Below are positions 1 through 13,551 of a DNA stretch of 64,000 nt, in pieces. A program made the position numbers and the translations under genes. The stretch covers positions 262,074,001 through 262,138,000 of the forward strand of contig OZ024741.1 in assembly GCA_964016885.1 (NCBI GenBank), given 5' to 3'. The stretch is from Eledone cirrhosa (taxonomy: Eukaryota). How positions within the stretch are numbered: the first letter of the stretch is position 1; the number at the start of each line of letters is the position of its first letter. The notes under the pieces are model-generated. The model ran no database searches. It saw only the letters and a program-made list of their open reading frames with translations, and was not told the origin of the DNA.

Positions 1-262
1 ACTTACGAGTGTTTCGACTTACGAGTGTTCCGACCTACGAGGGTTTCGGCTTAAGGCTGTTCCGACTTACGAGTATTTTCGGCTTACGAGTGTTTCGACT
101 TACGAGTGTTTTGACTTACGGGTGTTTTGACATACGAGTGTTTCGATACGAGTGTTCTGACTTACGAGTGTTCTGACTTACGAGTGTTCTGACTTACGAG
201 TGTTCCGACTTACGAGTGTTTCGGCTCACGAGTGTTTCGGCTTACGAGTGTTTCGACTTACG

Positions 263-331
263 AAAATAACAAATAGACGCGGTTTCAAATCTCTATGCTT
301 TTCAAGTTCATTACATTAATCTTTATTTATA
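263..331. repeat. 69-bp AT-rich spacer, copy 1 (allele A: CAAGTTC/TATATG)
   Basis: AAAATAACAAATAGACGCGGTTTCAAATCTCTATGCTTTTCAAGTTCATTACATTAATCTTTATTTATA interrupts the monomer after TTACG. Confidence 0.97.
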
Positions 332-1524
332 TGTTTCGCTTCACGAATGTTTCGACTTACGAGTGTTTCGGCTAACAAGTGTTTCGACTTACGAGTGTTT
401 CGGCTTACGAGTGTTTTGACTTACGAGTGTTTTGACTTATATGTGTTTCGACTTACGCTTGTTTCGACTTACGAGTTTTTCGACTTGCGAGTGTTTCGAC
501 TACGGGTGATTCGACTTACGAATGTTTTGACTTACGGATGTTTTGACTTACGGGTGTTTCGGCTTACGTGTGTTTCGACTTACGAGTGTTCTGACTACGA
601 GTGTTCTGTCTTACGGGTGTTCTGACTTACGAGTGTTCCGACTTACGAGTGTTTCGGCTTATGAGTGTTTCGACTTACGAGTGTTTCCGCTTTCGAGTGT
701 TTCGACTTACGAGTGTTTCGGGTTACGAGTGTTTCGACTTACGAATGTTTTCCCTTACGAGTGTTTCCGCTTACGAGTGTTTCGACTTACGAGTGTTTTG
801 ACTTACGGTTTTTCGGCTTGCGAGTGTTTCGACATACGAGTGTTTTGGCTTACGGGCGTTTCGACTTACGGGTGTTGCGACTTACGAGTGTTTCGACTTA
901 CGAGTGTTCTGACTTACGAGTGTTCTGACTTGCGAGTGTTCCGACTTACGAGTGTTTCGGCTTACGAGTGTTTCGACATACGAGTGCTTTGACTTACGGA
1001 TGTTTCGACTTACGGGTGTTTCGATTTACGAGTGTTTCGACTTACGAGTGTTCTGACTACGAGTGTTACGACTTACGGGTGCTCTGACTTACGAGTGTTT
1101 CGACTTACGAGTGTTTCGACTTACGAGTGTTTCGACTTACGAATGTTTCGGCTTACGAGTGTTTCGACTTACGAGAGTTTTGACTTACGAATGTTTTGCC
1201 TTACGGGTGTTCCGGTTTACGAGTGTTTCGACTTACGAGTATTCTGACTTACGGGTGTTTCGACTTACGAGTGTTTCGACTTACGAGTGTTCCGACCTAC
1301 GAGGGTTTCGGCTTAAGGCTGTTCCTACTTACGAGTATTTTCGGCTTACGAGTGTTTCGACTTACGAGTGTTTTGACTTACGGGTGTTTTGACATACGAG
1401 TGTTTCGATACGAGTGTTCTGACTTACGAGTGTTCTGACTTACGAGTGTTCTGACTTACGAGTGTTCCGACTTACGAGTGTTTCGGCTCACGAGTGTTTC
1501 GGCTTACGAGTGTTTCGACTTACG

Positions 1525-1593
1525 AAAATAACAAATAGACGCGGTTTCAAATCTCTATGCTTTTCAAGTTCATTACATTAATCTTTATTTATA
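1525..1593. repeat. 69-bp AT-rich spacer, copy 2 (allele A)
   Basis: Same sequence and phase as copy 1. Confidence 0.97.
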
Positions 1594-3260
1594 TGTTTCG
1601 CTTTACGAATGTTTCGACATACGAGTGTTTCGGCTTACAAGTGTTTCGACTTACGAGTGTTTCGGCTTACGAGTGTTTCGACTTACGAGTGTTCTGACTA
1701 CGAGTGTTCTGACTTACGGGTGTTCTGACTTACGAGTGTTTCAGCTTACGAGTGTTTCGGCTCACGAGTGTTTCGACTTACGAGTGTTTCGACTTACGAG
1801 TGTTTCGACTTGTGAGTGTTTCGACTTACGAGTGATTTTGCCATACGGGTGTTTCGGTTTACGTGTGTTTCGACTTACGAGTGTTCTGACTTACGAGTGT
1901 TCCGACCTACGAGCGTTTCGGCTTACGGGTGTTCCGACCTACGAGTGTTTCCACTTACGAGTGTTTTGACTTACGATTGTTTCGGCTTACGAGTGTTTCG
2001 ACTTACGAGTGTTTCGACTTACGAGTGTTTTGACTTACGGTGTTTCGGCTTACGAGTGTTTCGACTTACGGGTGTTTTGACATACGAGTGTTTCGATACG
2101 AGTGTTCTGACTTACGAGTGTTCTGACTTACGAGTGTTCTGACTTACGTGTGTTCTGACTTACGAATGTTCCGATTTACGAGTGTTTCGGCTTATGAGTG
2201 TTTCCACTTACTAATGTTTTTATTTACGAGTGTTACGGTGTACGAGTGTTTCGACTTAAGGATGTTTCGACTTACGAGTGTTTCGACTTACGAGTGTTTC
2301 GGCTTACGTGAGTTTTGACTTAAGAGTGTTCTTACGAGTGTTTTTACTTACGAATGTTTCTACTTACGGGTGTTTCTGCTTACGAGTGTTTCGACTTACC
2401 AGTGTTTCGGCTTGCGAGTGTTTCGACTTACTAATGTTTTTCCTTACGAGTTTTCGGCGTACGAGTGTTTCGACTTACGAGTGTTTTGACTTACGGGTGT
2501 TTCGGCTTACGAGTGTTTCGACTTACGAGTGTTTTGACTTACGGTTTTTCGGCTTGCGAGTGTTTCGACATACGAGTGTTTTGGCTTACGGGCGTTTCGA
2601 CTTACGGGTGTTGCGACTTACGAGTGTTTCGACTTACGAGTGTTCTGACTTACGAGTGTTCTGACTTGCGAGTGTTCCGACTTACGAGTGTTTCGGCTTA
2701 CGAGTGTTTCGACATACGAGTGCTTTGACTTACGGATGTTTCGACTTACGGGTGTTTCGATTTACGAGTGTTTCGACTTACGAGTGTTCTGACTACGAGT
2801 GTTACGACTTACGGGTGCTCTGACTTACGAGTGTTTCGACTTACGAGTGTTTCGACTTACGAGTGTTTCGACTTACGAGTGTTTCGGCTTACGAGTGTTT
2901 CGACTTACGAGAGTTTTGACTTACGAATGTTTTGCCTTACGGGTGTTCCGGTTTACGAGTGTTTCGACTTACGAGTATTCTGACTTACGGGTGTTTCGAC
3001 TTACGAGTGTTTCGACTTACGAGTGTTCCGACCTACGAGGGTTTCGGCTTAAGGCTGTTCCTACTTACGAGTATTTTCGGCTTACGAGTGTTTCGACTTA
3101 CGAGTGTTTTGACTTACGGGTGTTTTGACATACGAGTGTTTCGATACGAGTGTTCTGACTTACGAGTGTTCTGACTTACGAGTGTTCTGACTTACGAGTG
3201 TTCCGACTTACGAGTGTTTCGGCTCACGAGTGTTTCGGCTTACGAGTGTTTCGACTTACG

Positions 3261-3329
3261 AAAATAACAAATAGACGCGGTTTCAAATCTCTATGCTTTT
3301 CAAGTTCATTACATTAATCTTTATTTATA
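3261..3329. repeat. 69-bp AT-rich spacer, copy 3 (allele A)
   Basis: Same sequence; 1736 bp after copy 2. Confidence 0.97.
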
Positions 3330-5231
3330 TGTTTCGCTTTACGAATGTTTCGACATACGAGTGTTTCGGCTTACAAGTGTTTCGACTTACGAGTGTTTCG
3401 GCTTACGAGTGTTTCGACTTACGAGTGTTCTGACTACGAGTGTTCTGACTTACGGGTGTTCTGACTTACGAGTGTTTCAGCTTACGAGTGTTTCGGCTCA
3501 CGAGTGTTTCGACTTACGAGTGTTTCGACTTACGAGTGTTTCGACTTGTGAGTGTTTCGACTTACGAGTGATTTTGCCATACGGGTGTTTCGGTTTACGT
3601 GTGTTTCGACTTACGAGTGTTCTGACTTACGAGTGTTCCGACCTACGAGCGTTTCGGCTTACGGGTGTTCCGACCTACGAGTGTTTCCACTTACGAGTGT
3701 TTTGACTTACGATTGTTTCGGCTTACGAGTGTTTCGACTTACGAGTGTTTCGACTTACGAGTGTTTTGACTTACGGTGTTTCGGCTTACGAGTGTTTCGA
3801 CTTACGGGTGTTTTGACATACGAGTGTTTCGATACGAGTGTTCTGACTTACGAGTGTTCTGACTTACGAGTGTTCTGACTTACGTGTGTTCTGACTTACG
3901 AATGTTCCGATTTACGAGTGTTTCGGCTTATGAGTGTTTCCACTTACTAATGTTTTTATTTACGAGTGTTACGGTGTACGAGTGTTTCGACTTAAGGATG
4001 TTTCGACTTACGAGTGTTTCGACTTACGAGTGTTTCGGCTTACGTGAGTTTTGACTTAAGAGTGTTCTTACGAGTGTTTTTACTTACGAATGTTTCTACT
4101 TACGGGTGTTTCTGCTTACGAGTGTTTCGACTTACCAGTGTTTCGGCTTGCGAGTGTTTCGACTTACTAATGTTTTTCCTTACGAGTTTTCGGCGTACGA
4201 GTGTTTCGACTTACGAGTGTTTTGACTTACGGGTGTTTCGGCTTACGAGTGTTTCGACTTACGAGTGTTTCGGCTTATGAGTGTTTCGACTTACGAGTGT
4301 TTTGACTTACGGGTGTTTTGACATACGAGTGTTTCGATACGAGTGTTCTGACTTACGAGTGTTCTGACTTACGAGTCTTCTGACTTACGAGTGTTCTGAC
4401 TTACGGGTGTTCTGACTTACGAGTGTTCCGACTTACGAGTGTTTCGGCTATGAGTGTTTTGACTTACGGGTGTTTCGACTTACGGGTGTTTCGACTTACG
4501 AGTGTTTCGACTTACGAGTGTTTCCGCTTACGAGTGTTTCGGCTTACGAGTGTTTCGACATACTAATGTTTTTACTTACGAGTGTTTCGGTGTACGAGTG
4601 TTTCGACTTAAGGATGCTTCGACTTACGAGTGTTCTGACTTACGAGTGTTTCGACTTACGAGTGTTCTGACTTACGAGTGTTCTGACTTATGAGTGTTCT
4701 GACTTACGAGTGTTCTGACTTACGAGTGTTCCGACTTACGAGTGTTTCGGCTTACGAGTGTTTCGACTTACGAGTGTTTCGACTTACAAGTGTTTCGACT
4801 TACGAGTGTTTTGACTTACGGTGTTTCGGCTTACGAGTGTTTCGACTTACGAGTGTTTTGACTTACTGGTGTTTTGACATACGAGTGTTTCGATACGAGT
4901 GTTTCGACTTACGAGTGTTCTGACTTACGAGTGTTCTGACTTACGAGTGTTCTGACTTACGAGTGTTCTAACTTACGAGTGTTCTGACTTACGAGTGTTC
5001 TAACTTACGAGTGTTTTGACTTACGATTGTTTCGGCTTACGAGTGTTTCGACTTACGAGTGTTTTGACTTACGAGTGTTTTGACTTACGGGTGTTTTGAC
5101 ATACGAGTGTTTCGATACGAGTGTTCTGAGTTACGAGTGTTCTGACTTACGAGTGTTCTGACTTACGAGTGTTCCGACTTACGAGTGTTTCGGCTCATGA
5201 GGGTTTCGGCTTACGAGTGTTTCCACTTACG

Positions 5232-5300
5232 AAAATAACAAATAGACGCGGTTTCAAATTTCTATGCTTTTCAAGTTCATTACATTAATATTTATTTATA
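5232..5300. repeat. 69-bp AT-rich spacer, copy 4 (allele C: AATTTCT/TAATATT/TATACG)
   Basis: Same element with three substitutions relative to allele A. Confidence 0.97.
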
Positions 5301-6706
5301 CGTTTCGCTTTACGAATGTTTCGACTTACGAGTGTTTCGACTTACGAGTGTTTCGACTTACGAGTGCTTTGACTTACGGGTCTTTCGACTTACGCGTGTT
5401 TCGACTTACGAGTGTTCTGACTTACGAGTGTTCTGACTTACGAGTGTTCCGACTTACGAGTGTTTTGACTTACGAGTGTTTCGGCTTACAAGTGTTTCGA
5501 CTTACGAGAGTTTTGACTTACGAGTGTTTCGACTTACGAGAGTTTTGACTTACGAATGTTTTGCCTTACGGGTGTTCCGGTTTACGAGTGTTTCGACTTA
5601 CGAGTATTCTGACTTACGAGTGTTCCGACTTACGGGTGTTTCGACTTACGAATGTTTCGACTTACGAGTGTGCCGACCTACGAGGGTTTCGGCTTAAGGC
5701 TGTTCTGACTTACGAGTATTTTCGACTTAAGGATGTTTCGAGTTACGAGTGGTTCGACTTACGAGTGTTTCGGCTTACGTGAGTTTCGACTTAAGAGTGT
5801 TCTGATTTACGAGTGTTCTGACTTACGAGTGTTTCGGCTTATGAGTGTTTCGACTTACGAGTGTTTCGGCTTACGTGAGTTTCGACTTAAGAGTGTTCTG
5901 ATTTACGAGTGTTCTGACTTACGAGTGTTTCGGCTTATGAGTGTTTCGACTTACGAGTGTTTCGGCTTACGAGTGTTTCGACTTATGGGTGTTTCGACTT
6001 ACGAGTGTTTTTACTTACGGTGTTTCGGCTTACGAGTGTTTCGACATACGAGTGTTTTGACTTACGGGTGTTTCGACTTACGAGTGTTTTGACTTACGAA
6101 TCTTTTGACTTACGGGTGTTTCGGCTTACGAGTGTTTCGACTTACGAGTGTTTCGGCTTACGAGTGTTTCGACTTACTAATCTTTTTACTTACGAGTGTT
6201 TCGGCGTACGAGAGTTTTGACTTACGAGTGTTTCGACTTACGAGTGTTTCGATTTACGAGTGTTTTGACTTACGAATGTTTTGACTTACGGGTGTTTCGG
6301 CTTACGAGTGTTTAGACTTACGAGTGTTTTGACTTAAGGGTGTTTCGACTTACGAGTATTTTTGGCTTACGAGTGTTTCGACTTACGAGTGTTTTGACTT
6401 ACGAGTCTTCTGACTTACGAGTGTTCCGACTTACGGGTGTTTCGACTTACGAGTGTTTCGACTTACGAGTGTTCCGACCTACGAGGGTTTCGGCTTAAGG
6501 CTGTTCCGACTTACGAGTATTTTCGGCTTACGAGTGTTTCGACTTACGAGTGTTTTGACTTACGGGTGTTTTGACATACGAGTGTTTCGATACGAGTGTT
6601 CTGACTTACGAGTGTTCTGACTTACGAGTGTTCTGACTTACGAGTGTTCCGACTTACGAGTGTTTCGGCTCACGAGTGTTTCGGCTTACGAGTGTTTCGA
6701 CTTACG

Positions 6707-6775
6707 AAAATAACAAATAGACGCGGTTTCAAATCTCTATGCTTTTCAAGTTCATTACATTAATCTTTATTTATA
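6707..6775. repeat. 69-bp AT-rich spacer, copy 5 (allele A)
   Basis: 6444 bp after copy 1 with the same flanks. Confidence 0.97.
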
Positions 6776-7250
6776 TGTTTCGCTTTACGAATGTTTCGAC
6801 TTACGAGTGTTTCGGCTAACAAGTGTTTCGACTTACGAGTGTTTCGGCTTACGAGTGTTTTGACTTACGAGTGTTTTGACTTACATGTGTTTCGACTTAC
6901 GCGTGTTTCGACTTACGAGTTTTTCGACTTGCGAGTGTTTCGACTACGGGTGATTCGACTTACGAATGTTTTGACTTACGGATGTTTTGACTTACGGGTG
7001 TTTCGGCTTACGAGTGTTTCGACTTACGAGTGTTCTGACTACGAGTGTTCTGTCTTACGGGTGTTCTGACTTACGAGTGTTCCGACTTACGAGTGTTTCG
7101 GCTTATGAGTGTTTCGACTTACGAGTGTTTCCGCTTTCGAGTGTTTCGACTTACGAGTGTTTCGGGTTACGAGTGTTTCGATTACGAATGTTTTCCCTTA
7201 CGAGTGTTTCCGCTTACGAGTCTTTCGACTTACGAGTGTTTCGACTTACT

Positions 7251-7319
7251 AAAATAACAAATAGACGCGGTTTCAAATCTCTATGCTTTTCAAGTTCATT
7301 ACATTAATCTTTATTTATA
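7251..7319. repeat. 69-bp AT-rich spacer, copy 6 (allele A, preceded by TTACT)
   Basis: Direct read. Confidence 0.97.
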
Positions 7320-8051
7320 TGTTTCGCTTTACGAATGTTTCGGCTTGCGAGTGTTTCGACATACGAGTGTTTTGGCTTACGGGCGTTTCGACTTACGGGT
7401 GTTGCGACTTACGAGTGTTTCGACTTACGAGTGTTCTGACTTACGAGTGTTCTGACTTGCAAGTGTTCCGACTTACGAGTGTTTCGGCTTACGAGTGTTT
7501 CGACATACGAGTGCTTTGACTTACGGATGTTTCGACTTACGGGTGTTTCGATTTACGAGTGTTTCGACTTACGAGTGTTCTGACTACGAGTGTTCTGACT
7601 TACGGGTGCTCTGACTTACGAGTGTTTCGACTTACGAGTGTTTCGACTTACGAGTGTTTCGACTTACGAGTGTTTCGGCTTACGAGTGTTTCGACTTACG
7701 AGAGTTTTGACTTACGAATGTTTTGCCTTACGGGTGTTCCGGTTTACGAGTGTTTCGACTTACGAGTATTCTGACTTACGGGTGTTTCGACTTACGAGTG
7801 TTTCGACTTACGAGTGTTCCGACCTACGAGGGTTTCGGCTTAAGGCTGTTCCTACTTACGAGTATTTTCGGCTTACGAGTGTTTCGACTTACGAGTGTTT
7901 TGACTTACGGGTGTTTTGACATACGAGTGTTTCGATACGAGTGTTCTGACTTACGAGTGTTCTGACTTACGAGTGTTCTGACTTACGAGTGTTCCGACTT
8001 ACGAGTGTTTCGGCTCACGAGTGTTTCGGCTTACGAGTGTTTCGACTTACG

Positions 8052-8120
8052 AAAATAACAAATAGACGCGGTTTCAAATCTCTATGCTTTTCAAGTTCAT
8101 TACATTAATCTTTATTTATA
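8052..8120. repeat. 69-bp AT-rich spacer, copy 7 (allele A)
   Basis: Direct read. Confidence 0.97.
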
Positions 8121-11100
8121 TGTTTCGCTTTACGAATGTTTCGACTTACGAGTGTTTCGGCTTACAAGTGTTTCGACTTACGAGTGTTTCGGCTTACGAG
8201 TGTTTCGACTTACGAGTGTTCTGACTACGAGTGTTCTGACTTACGGGTGTTCTGACTTACGAGTGTTTCAGCTTACGAGTGTTTCGGCTCACGAGTGTTT
8301 CGACTTACGAGTGTTTCGACTTACGAGTGTTTCGACTTGCGAGTGTTTCGACTTACGAGTGATTTTGCCATACGGGTGTTTCGGTTTACGTGTGTTTCGA
8401 CTTACGAGTGTTCTGACTTACGAGTGTTCCGACCTACGAGCGTTACGGCTTACGGGTGTTCCGACCTACGAGTGTTTCCACTTACGAGTGTTTTGACTTA
8501 CGATTGTTTCGGCTTACGAGTGTTTCGACTTACGAGTGTTTCGACTTACGAGTGTTTTGACTTACGGTGTTTCGGCTTACGAGTGTTTCGACTTACGGGT
8601 GTTTTGACATACGAGTGTTTCGATACGAGTGTTCTGACTTACGAGTGTTCTGACTTACGAGTGTTCTGACTTACGTGTGTTCTGACTTACGAATGTTCCG
8701 ATTTACGAGTGTTTCGGCTTATGAGTGTTTCCACTTACTAATGTTTTTATTTACGAGTGTTACGGTGTACGAGTGTTTCGACTTAAGGATGTTTCGACTT
8801 ACGAGTGTTTCGACTTACGAGTGTTTCGGCTTACGTGAGTTTTGACTTAAGAGTGTTCTTACGAGTGTTTTTACTTACGAATGTTTCTACTTACGGGTGT
8901 TTCTGCTTACGAGTGTTTCGACTTACCAGTGTTTCGGCTTGCGAGTGTTTCGACTTACTAATGTTTTTCCTTACGAGTTTTCGGCGTACGAGTGTTTCGA
9001 CTTACGAGTGTTTTGACTTACGGGTGTTTCGGCTTACGAGTGTTTCGACTTACGAGTGTTTCGGCTTATGAGTGTTTCGTCTTACGAGTGTTTTGACTTA
9101 CGGGTGTTTTGACATACGAGTGTTTCGATACGAGTGTTCTGACTTACGAGTGTTCTGACTTACGAGTCTTCTGACTTACGAGTGTTCTGACTTACGGGTG
9201 TTCTGACTTACGAGTGTTCCGACTTACGAGTGTTTCGGCTATGAGTGTTTTGACTTACGGGTGTTTCGACTTCCGGGTGTTTCGACTTACGAGTGTTTCG
9301 ACTTACGAGTGTTTCCGCTTACGAGTGTTTCGGCTTACGAGTGTTTCGACATACTAATGTTTTTACTTACGAGTGTTTCGGTGTACGAGTGTTTCGACTT
9401 AAGGATGCTTCGACTTACGAGTGTTTCGACTTACGAGTGTTTCGACTTATGAGTGTTTCGAATTACGAGTGTTTTGGCTTACGAATGTTTTCACTTACGG
9501 GTGTTTCGACTTACGGGTGTTTAGGCTTACGAGTGTTTCGACTTACGAGTGTTTTGACTTACGAGTGTTCTGACTTACGAGTGTTCTGACTACGAGTGTT
9601 CTGACTTACGGGTGTTCTGACTTACGAGTGTTCCGACTTACGAGTGTTTCGGCTTATGAAGGTTTCGACTTACGGGCGTTTCGACTTACGGGTGTTTCGA
9701 CTTACGAGTGTTTTGACTTACGAGTGTTCTGACTTACGAGTGTTCTGTCTTACGAGTGTTCCGACTTACGACTGTTTCGACTTACGAGTGTTTCGACTTA
9801 AGAGTGTTTTGAATTACGATTGTTTCGGCTTACGAGTGTTTCGACTTACGAGTATTTCGACTTACGAGTGATTCGGCTATGGGTGTTTCGACTTACGAGT
9901 GTTTCGACTTACGAATGTTTTGGCTTACGAGTGTTTCGGCTTACGAGTGTTTCGACTTACGAATGTTTTAGCTTACGAGTGTTTCGGCTTACGGGCGTTT
10001 CGACTTACGAGTGTTTCGACTTACGTGTGTTTTGACTTACGGTGTTTCGGCTTACGAGTTATTCGACATACGAGAGTTTCGACTCACGGGTGTTTCGACT
10101 TACGAGTGTTTCGACTTATGAGTGTTTCGACTTACGAGTGTTCTGACTTACGAGTGTTCTGACTTACGAGTGTTCCGACTTACGAGTGTTTCGGTTTACG
10201 AGTGTTTCGACATACGAGTGTTTTGACTTACGGGTGTTTCGACTTACGGGTGTTTCGACTTACGAGTGTTTCGGCTTACGAGTGTTTCGACTTACTAATG
10301 TTTTTACTTACGAGTGTTTCGGTGTACGAGTGTTTCGACTTAAGGATGTTTCGACTTACGAGTGTTTCGACTTACGTGTGTTTCGGCTTACGTGAGTTTC
10401 GACTTAAGAGTGTTCTGATTTACGAGTGTTTCGACATACGAGTGTTTTGACTTACGGGTGTTTCGACTTACGAGTGTTTTGACTTACGAATGTTTTGACT
10501 TACGGGAGTTTCGGCTTACGAGTGTTTCGACTTACGAGTGTTTCGGCTTACGAGTGTTTCGACTTACTAATGTTTTTACTTACGAGTGTTTCGGCGTACG
10601 AGAGTTTTGACTTACGAGTGTTTCGACTTGCGGGTGTTTCGACTTAGGAGTGTTTTGACTTACGAATGTTTTGACTTACGGGTTTTTCGGCTTACGAGTG
10701 TTTCGACTTACGAGTCTTTCTGCTTACAAGTGTTTCGACTTACTATTGTTTTTACTTACGAGTGTTTCGGCTTACGAGTGTTTCGACTTACGAGTGTTCT
10801 GACTTATGAGTGTTCTGACTTACGAGTGTTCTGACTTACGAGTGTTCCGACTTACGAGTGTTTCGGCTTACGAGTGTTTCGACTTACGAGTGTTTCGACT
10901 TACTAATGTTTTTACTTACGAGTGTTTCGGCGTACGAGTGTTTCGACTTACGAGTATTTCGACTTACGGGTGTTTTGACTTACGGGTGTTTCGGCTTACG
11001 AGTGTTTCGACTTACGAGTGTTTGACTTAAGGGTGTTTCGACTTACGAGTATTTTTGGCTTACGAGTGTTTCGACTTACGAGTGTTTTGACTTACGAGTG

Positions 11101-13482
11101 TTCTGATTTACGGATGTTTCGACATACGAGTGTTTCGACTTACGAGTGTTTCGACTTATGAGTGTTTCGACTTACGAGTGTTTCGACTTACGAGTGTTTC
11201 GGCTTATGAGTGTTTCGACTTACGAGTGTTTTGACTTACGGTGTTTCGGCTTACGAGTGTTTCGACTTACGAGTGTTTTGACTTACGGGTGTTTTGACAT
11301 ACGAGTGTTTCGATACGAGTGTTCTGACTTACGAGTGTTCTGACTTACGAGTGTTTTGACTTACGTGTGTTCTGACTTACGAGTGTTCCGACTTACGAGT
11401 GTTCCGACTTACGAGTGTTTCGGCTTACGAGTGTTTCCGGCTTACGAGTGTTTCGACTTACGAGTGTTTTGACTTACGGTGTTTCGGCTTACGAGTGATT
11501 CGACTTACGAGTGTTTTGACTTACGGGTGTTTTGACTTACGGGTGTTGTGAATTACGAGTGTTCCGATTTACGAGTGTTTTGACTTACGGTGTTTCGGCT
11601 TACGAGTGATTCGACTTACGAATGTTTTGACTTACGGGTGTTTCGGCTTGAGAGTGTTTCGACTTACGAGTGTTGCGGCTTATGAGTGTTTCGTCTTACT
11701 AATGTTTTTACTTACGAGTGTTTCGGCGTACGAGTGTTTTGACTTACGATTGTTTCGACTTACGAGTGTTTTGACTTACGAATGTTTTGACTTACGGGTG
11801 TTTCGGCTTACGAGTGTTTCGACTTACGAGTGTTTCGGCTTGCGAGTGTTTCGACTTACTAATGTTTTTACTTACGAGTGTTTCGGCGTACGAGTGTTTC
11901 GACTTACGAGTGTTTCGACTTACGGGTGTTTTGACTTACGGGTGTTGTGAATTACGAGTGTTCCGATTTACGAGTGTTTTGACTTACGGTGTTTCGGCTT
12001 ACGAGTGATTTGACTTACGAATGTTTTGACTTACGGGTGTTTCGGCTTGCGAGTGTTTCGACTTACGAGAGTTTTGACTTACGAGTGTTTCGACTTACGA
12101 GTGTTTTGACTTAAGGGTGTTTCGACTTACGAGTTATTTTGGCTTACGAGTGTTTCGACTTACGAGTGTTTTGACTTACGAGTGTTCTGATTTACGGATG
12201 TTTCTACATACGAGTGTTTTCACTTACGGTGTTTCGGCTTACGAGTGATTCGACTTACGAGTGTTTTGACTTACGGGTGTTTTGACTTACGCGTGTTGTG
12301 AATTACGAGTGTTCCGATTTACGAGTGTTTTGACTTACGGTGTTTCGGCTTACGAGTGATTCGACTTACGAATGTTTTGACTTATGGGTGTTTCGGCTTG
12401 CGAGTGTTTCGACTTACGAGTGTTTCGGCTTATGAGTGTTTCGACTTACTAATGTTTTTACTTACGAGTGTTTGGGCGTACGAGTGTTTCGACATACGAG
12501 TGTTTTGACTTACGGGTGTTTCGACTTACGAGTGTTTTGACTTACGAATGTTTTGACTTACGGGTGTTTCGGCTTACGAGTGTTTCGACTTACGAGTCTT
12601 TCGGCTTACGAGTGTCTCGACTTACTAATGTTTTTACTTACGAGTGTTTCGGCGTACGAGTGTTTAGACTTACGAGTATTTCGACTTACGGGTGTTTTGA
12701 CTTACGGGTGTTTCGGCTTACGAGTGTTTCGACTTACGAGTGTTTGACTTAAGGGTGTTTCGACTTACGAGTATTTTTGGCTTACGAGTGTTTCGACTTA
12801 CGAGTGTTTTGACTTACGAGTGTTCTGATTTACGGATGTTTCGACATACGAGTGTTTCGACTTACGAGTGTTTCGACTTATGAGTGTTTCGTCTTACGAG
12901 TGTTTCGACTTACGAGTGTTTCGGCTTATGAGTGTTTCGACTTACGAGTGTTTTGACTTACGGTGTTTCGGCTTACGAGTGTTTCGACTTACGAGTGTTT
13001 TGACATACGGGTGTTTTGACATACGAGTGTTTCGATACGAGTGTTCTGACTTACGAGTGTTCTGACTTACGAGGGTTCCGACTTACGAGTGTTCCGACTT
13101 ACGAGTGTTTTGGCTTACGGTGTTTCGGATTACGAGTGTTTCGAGTTACGAGTGTTTTGACTTACGCGTGTTTTGACATACGAGTGTTTCGATACGAGGG
13201 TTCTGACTTTCGAGTGTTCTGACGTACGAGTGTTCTGACTTACGAGTGTTCTGACTTACGAATGTTCCGACTTTACGAGTGTTTCGGCTCACGAGTGTTT
13301 TGGCTTACGGTGTTTCGGCTTACGAGTGTTTCGAGTTACGAGTGTTTTGACTTACGCGTTTTTTGACATACGAGTGTTTCGATACGATTGTTCTGACTTA
13401 CGAGTGTTCTGACTTACGAGTGTTCTGACTTACGAGTGTTCTGACTTACGAGTGTTCTGACTTACGAGTGTATCGACTTACG

Positions 13483-13551
13483 AAAATAACAAATAGACGC
13501 GGTTTCAAATCTCTATGCTTTTCAAATTCATTACATTAATCTTTATTTATA
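13483..13551. repeat. 69-bp AT-rich spacer, copy 8 (allele B: CAAATTC/TATACG)
   Basis: Direct read; preceded by TGTATCGACTTACG. Confidence 0.97.

Larger units (their letters stand above)
769..4270 (+). repeat. 1736-bp higher-order tandem duplication (2 copies; boundaries approximate)
   Basis: Constant 1736 offset of rare variants, ORF starts (1032/2768, 1625/3361, 2278/4014) and spacers (1525/3261). Confidence 0.92.

Noticed and set aside
263-331. Spacer as a MITE, SINE, tRNA or promoter (contains ACGCG, and AATAAA on the - strand)
   Set aside because: No terminal inverted repeats, target-site duplication, A/B boxes, cloverleaf or poly-A tail. Such short motifs are expected by chance in AT-rich DNA.
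5264-5548. ORFs starting in the spacer with a hydrophobic, signal-peptide-like N-terminus (MLFKFITLIFIY)
   Set aside because: This is the expected translation of T-rich DNA. It runs straight into satellite and ends at variable positions in different copies, with no evidence of coding constraint.
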